Shown here piece by piece: positions 43,991 to 44,937 of a stretch of DNA of 44,937 nt. The first letter of the stretch is position 1, and each line of letters opens with the position of its first letter. The notes under the pieces were generated by a model. That model saw only the letters and a program-made list of their open reading frames with translations. It made no database searches and had not been told where the DNA came from. Position numbers and translations under genes: made by a program. Source of the DNA: a virus (taxonomy: Duplodnaviria > Caudoviricetes); IMG/VR virus record IMGVR_UViG_3300048848_000254, positions 1-44,937 of that record; one strand, written 5' to 3'.

Positions 43991-44937
43991 AGGCTGATTT
44001 ATGGCGGCAGGACAAGCTAGGCGAGGCGCCAGACCATACGTTGGACGAGGCGGCCCTGGGCATGCTGAAACTGTCCGAGGGGCAGCGCGACTACGATACC
44101 AAGGTCCGGCACGTCGAATATTGGCGTGATGCCCTGGGCGGCGCCACGACACTACGCTCTTTGACCGCAGGCAGCATCATGCACGCGCTGCCGACGCACA
44201 CCACCCATAAAAATCGGAAGGCCACGCTCGTCTCTGCGGCCACGAAGAACCGATACCTTTCGACCATGCGACGCATCCTGAGCCTCGCCGTAGAGTGGGG
44301 ATGGTTGGCCCGCGCGCCGAAGCTGGCTAGGTTTGAAGAGCCAGACGTCCGCGTGCGGTGGGAGCCGCGGCCAGTCATCGTGGACCTGCTCCGGGCCATC
44401 AGCATGGACTGGCTGCGCGAGGCAGCGCTTTTTGCCGTCTCCACCGGCATGCGCGCGGACGAAATCCTGTCCCTGCGCTGGAACCAGGTCGATGTCGCAC
44501 AGCGCAATTGCTGGGTGACGCACGGCGGTGCCAAGTCAAAGCAGGCCCGTTCCGTGCCCCTGAACGCTGACGCGATTGCCGTGCTGGAACGCCGGCGCGG
44601 TATCCACAGTGATCTGGTCTTCACGCGCGCTGCGAGCAAGGGCCGCGAAGTCGCGAAGATCAGCCAGATCGACGCGGATATGTTCGAGCGGGCATGCAAG
44701 GCCGCAGGCGTCGAGGACTTCCACTTTCACGACCTGCGGCACACCTGGGCTTCTTGGCATGTGCAGTCCGGCACACCGCTGATGGTGCTTAAGGAACTGG
44801 GAGGCTGGGAAACGATCGAGATGGTGCAAAAGTACGCCCATCTCGCACCGACACACTTGGCCAGCCACGCCGAGACGGTCACGTTTTGGTCACAGCACGC
44901 GGAGCAAAAAGAAACGCCGCTGGTCAGAGCGGCGTAA
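43861..44937 (+). CDS. int: Tyrosine integrase
   Basis: TGMR..E, K, FHDLRHTWASW, LGGW, KYAH catalytic motifs. Confidence 0.97.
   Translation: MPIRKDPNSGIWRLDLRTPGGERIRRSTGTTDRKAAQEYHDRLKADLWRQDKLGEAPDHTLDEAALGMLKLSEGQRDYDTKVRHVEYWRDALGGATTLRSLTAGSIMHALPTHTTHKNRKATLVSAATKNRYLSTMRRILSLAVEWGWLARAPKLARFEEPDVRVRWEPRPVIVDLLRAISMDWLREAALFAVSTGMRADEILSLRWNQVDVAQRNCWVTHGGAKSKQARSVPLNADAIAVLERRRGIHSDLVFTRAASKGREVAKISQIDADMFERACKAAGVEDFHFHDLRHTWASWHVQSGTPLMVLKELGGWETIEMVQKYAHLAPTHLASHAETVTFWSQHAEQKETPLVRAA
44906..44935 (-). terminator. Terminator overlapping the int 3' end, probably for the restored tRNA
   Basis: ACGCCGCT/AGCGGCGT stem followed by TTCTTTTT on the minus strand. Confidence 0.55.

Larger units (their letters stand above)
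238..44937. mobile_element. Temperate prophage (lambda-like head, Mu-like contractile tail) integrated at a CAT-anticodon tRNA
   Basis: Ordered lysis, tail, head, packaging, Q, replication, immunity, early and integrase modules between a tRNA 3' fragment and a tyrosine integrase. The second att copy is expected just beyond the right edge. Confidence 0.95.

Overview
Almost the whole window (about 238-44937) is one apparently complete, high-GC temperate prophage; a betaproteobacterial host is an inference. It is integrated in a CAT-anticodon tRNA gene (tRNA-Ile2-like). The displaced 3' half of the tRNA lies at 238-285 and the tyrosine integrase ends the window. From left to right: accessory genes (HEPN-motif protein, SRAP, a LexA-box gene, DUF3606 plus an ATP-dependent ligase); lysis; a Mu-like contractile tail; a lambda-like head and terminase with a cos candidate; a Q-like late switch; replication genes with an iteron origin; a Cro/CI switch with six related operators; and a PL-type early operon (ssb, rdgC, C5 methyltransferase, Lar/DUF550 fusion, xis, int). 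The least explained features are: (i) a repressor with no autoprotease domain together with an orphan gene behind the only SOS box I found, a possible new antirepressor; (ii) two ORF-poor, tetraloop-rich tracts of about 0.5-0.6 kb in the early operon, plus a bistable RNA switch in front of a 29-aa hydrophobic peptide; (iii) a sigma54-type promoter in front of DUF3606 and a Ku-less ligase; (iv) several counter-oriented morons, two with HEPN RxxxxH motifs. All calls come from reading motifs and synteny by eye; no database search or folding program was run.
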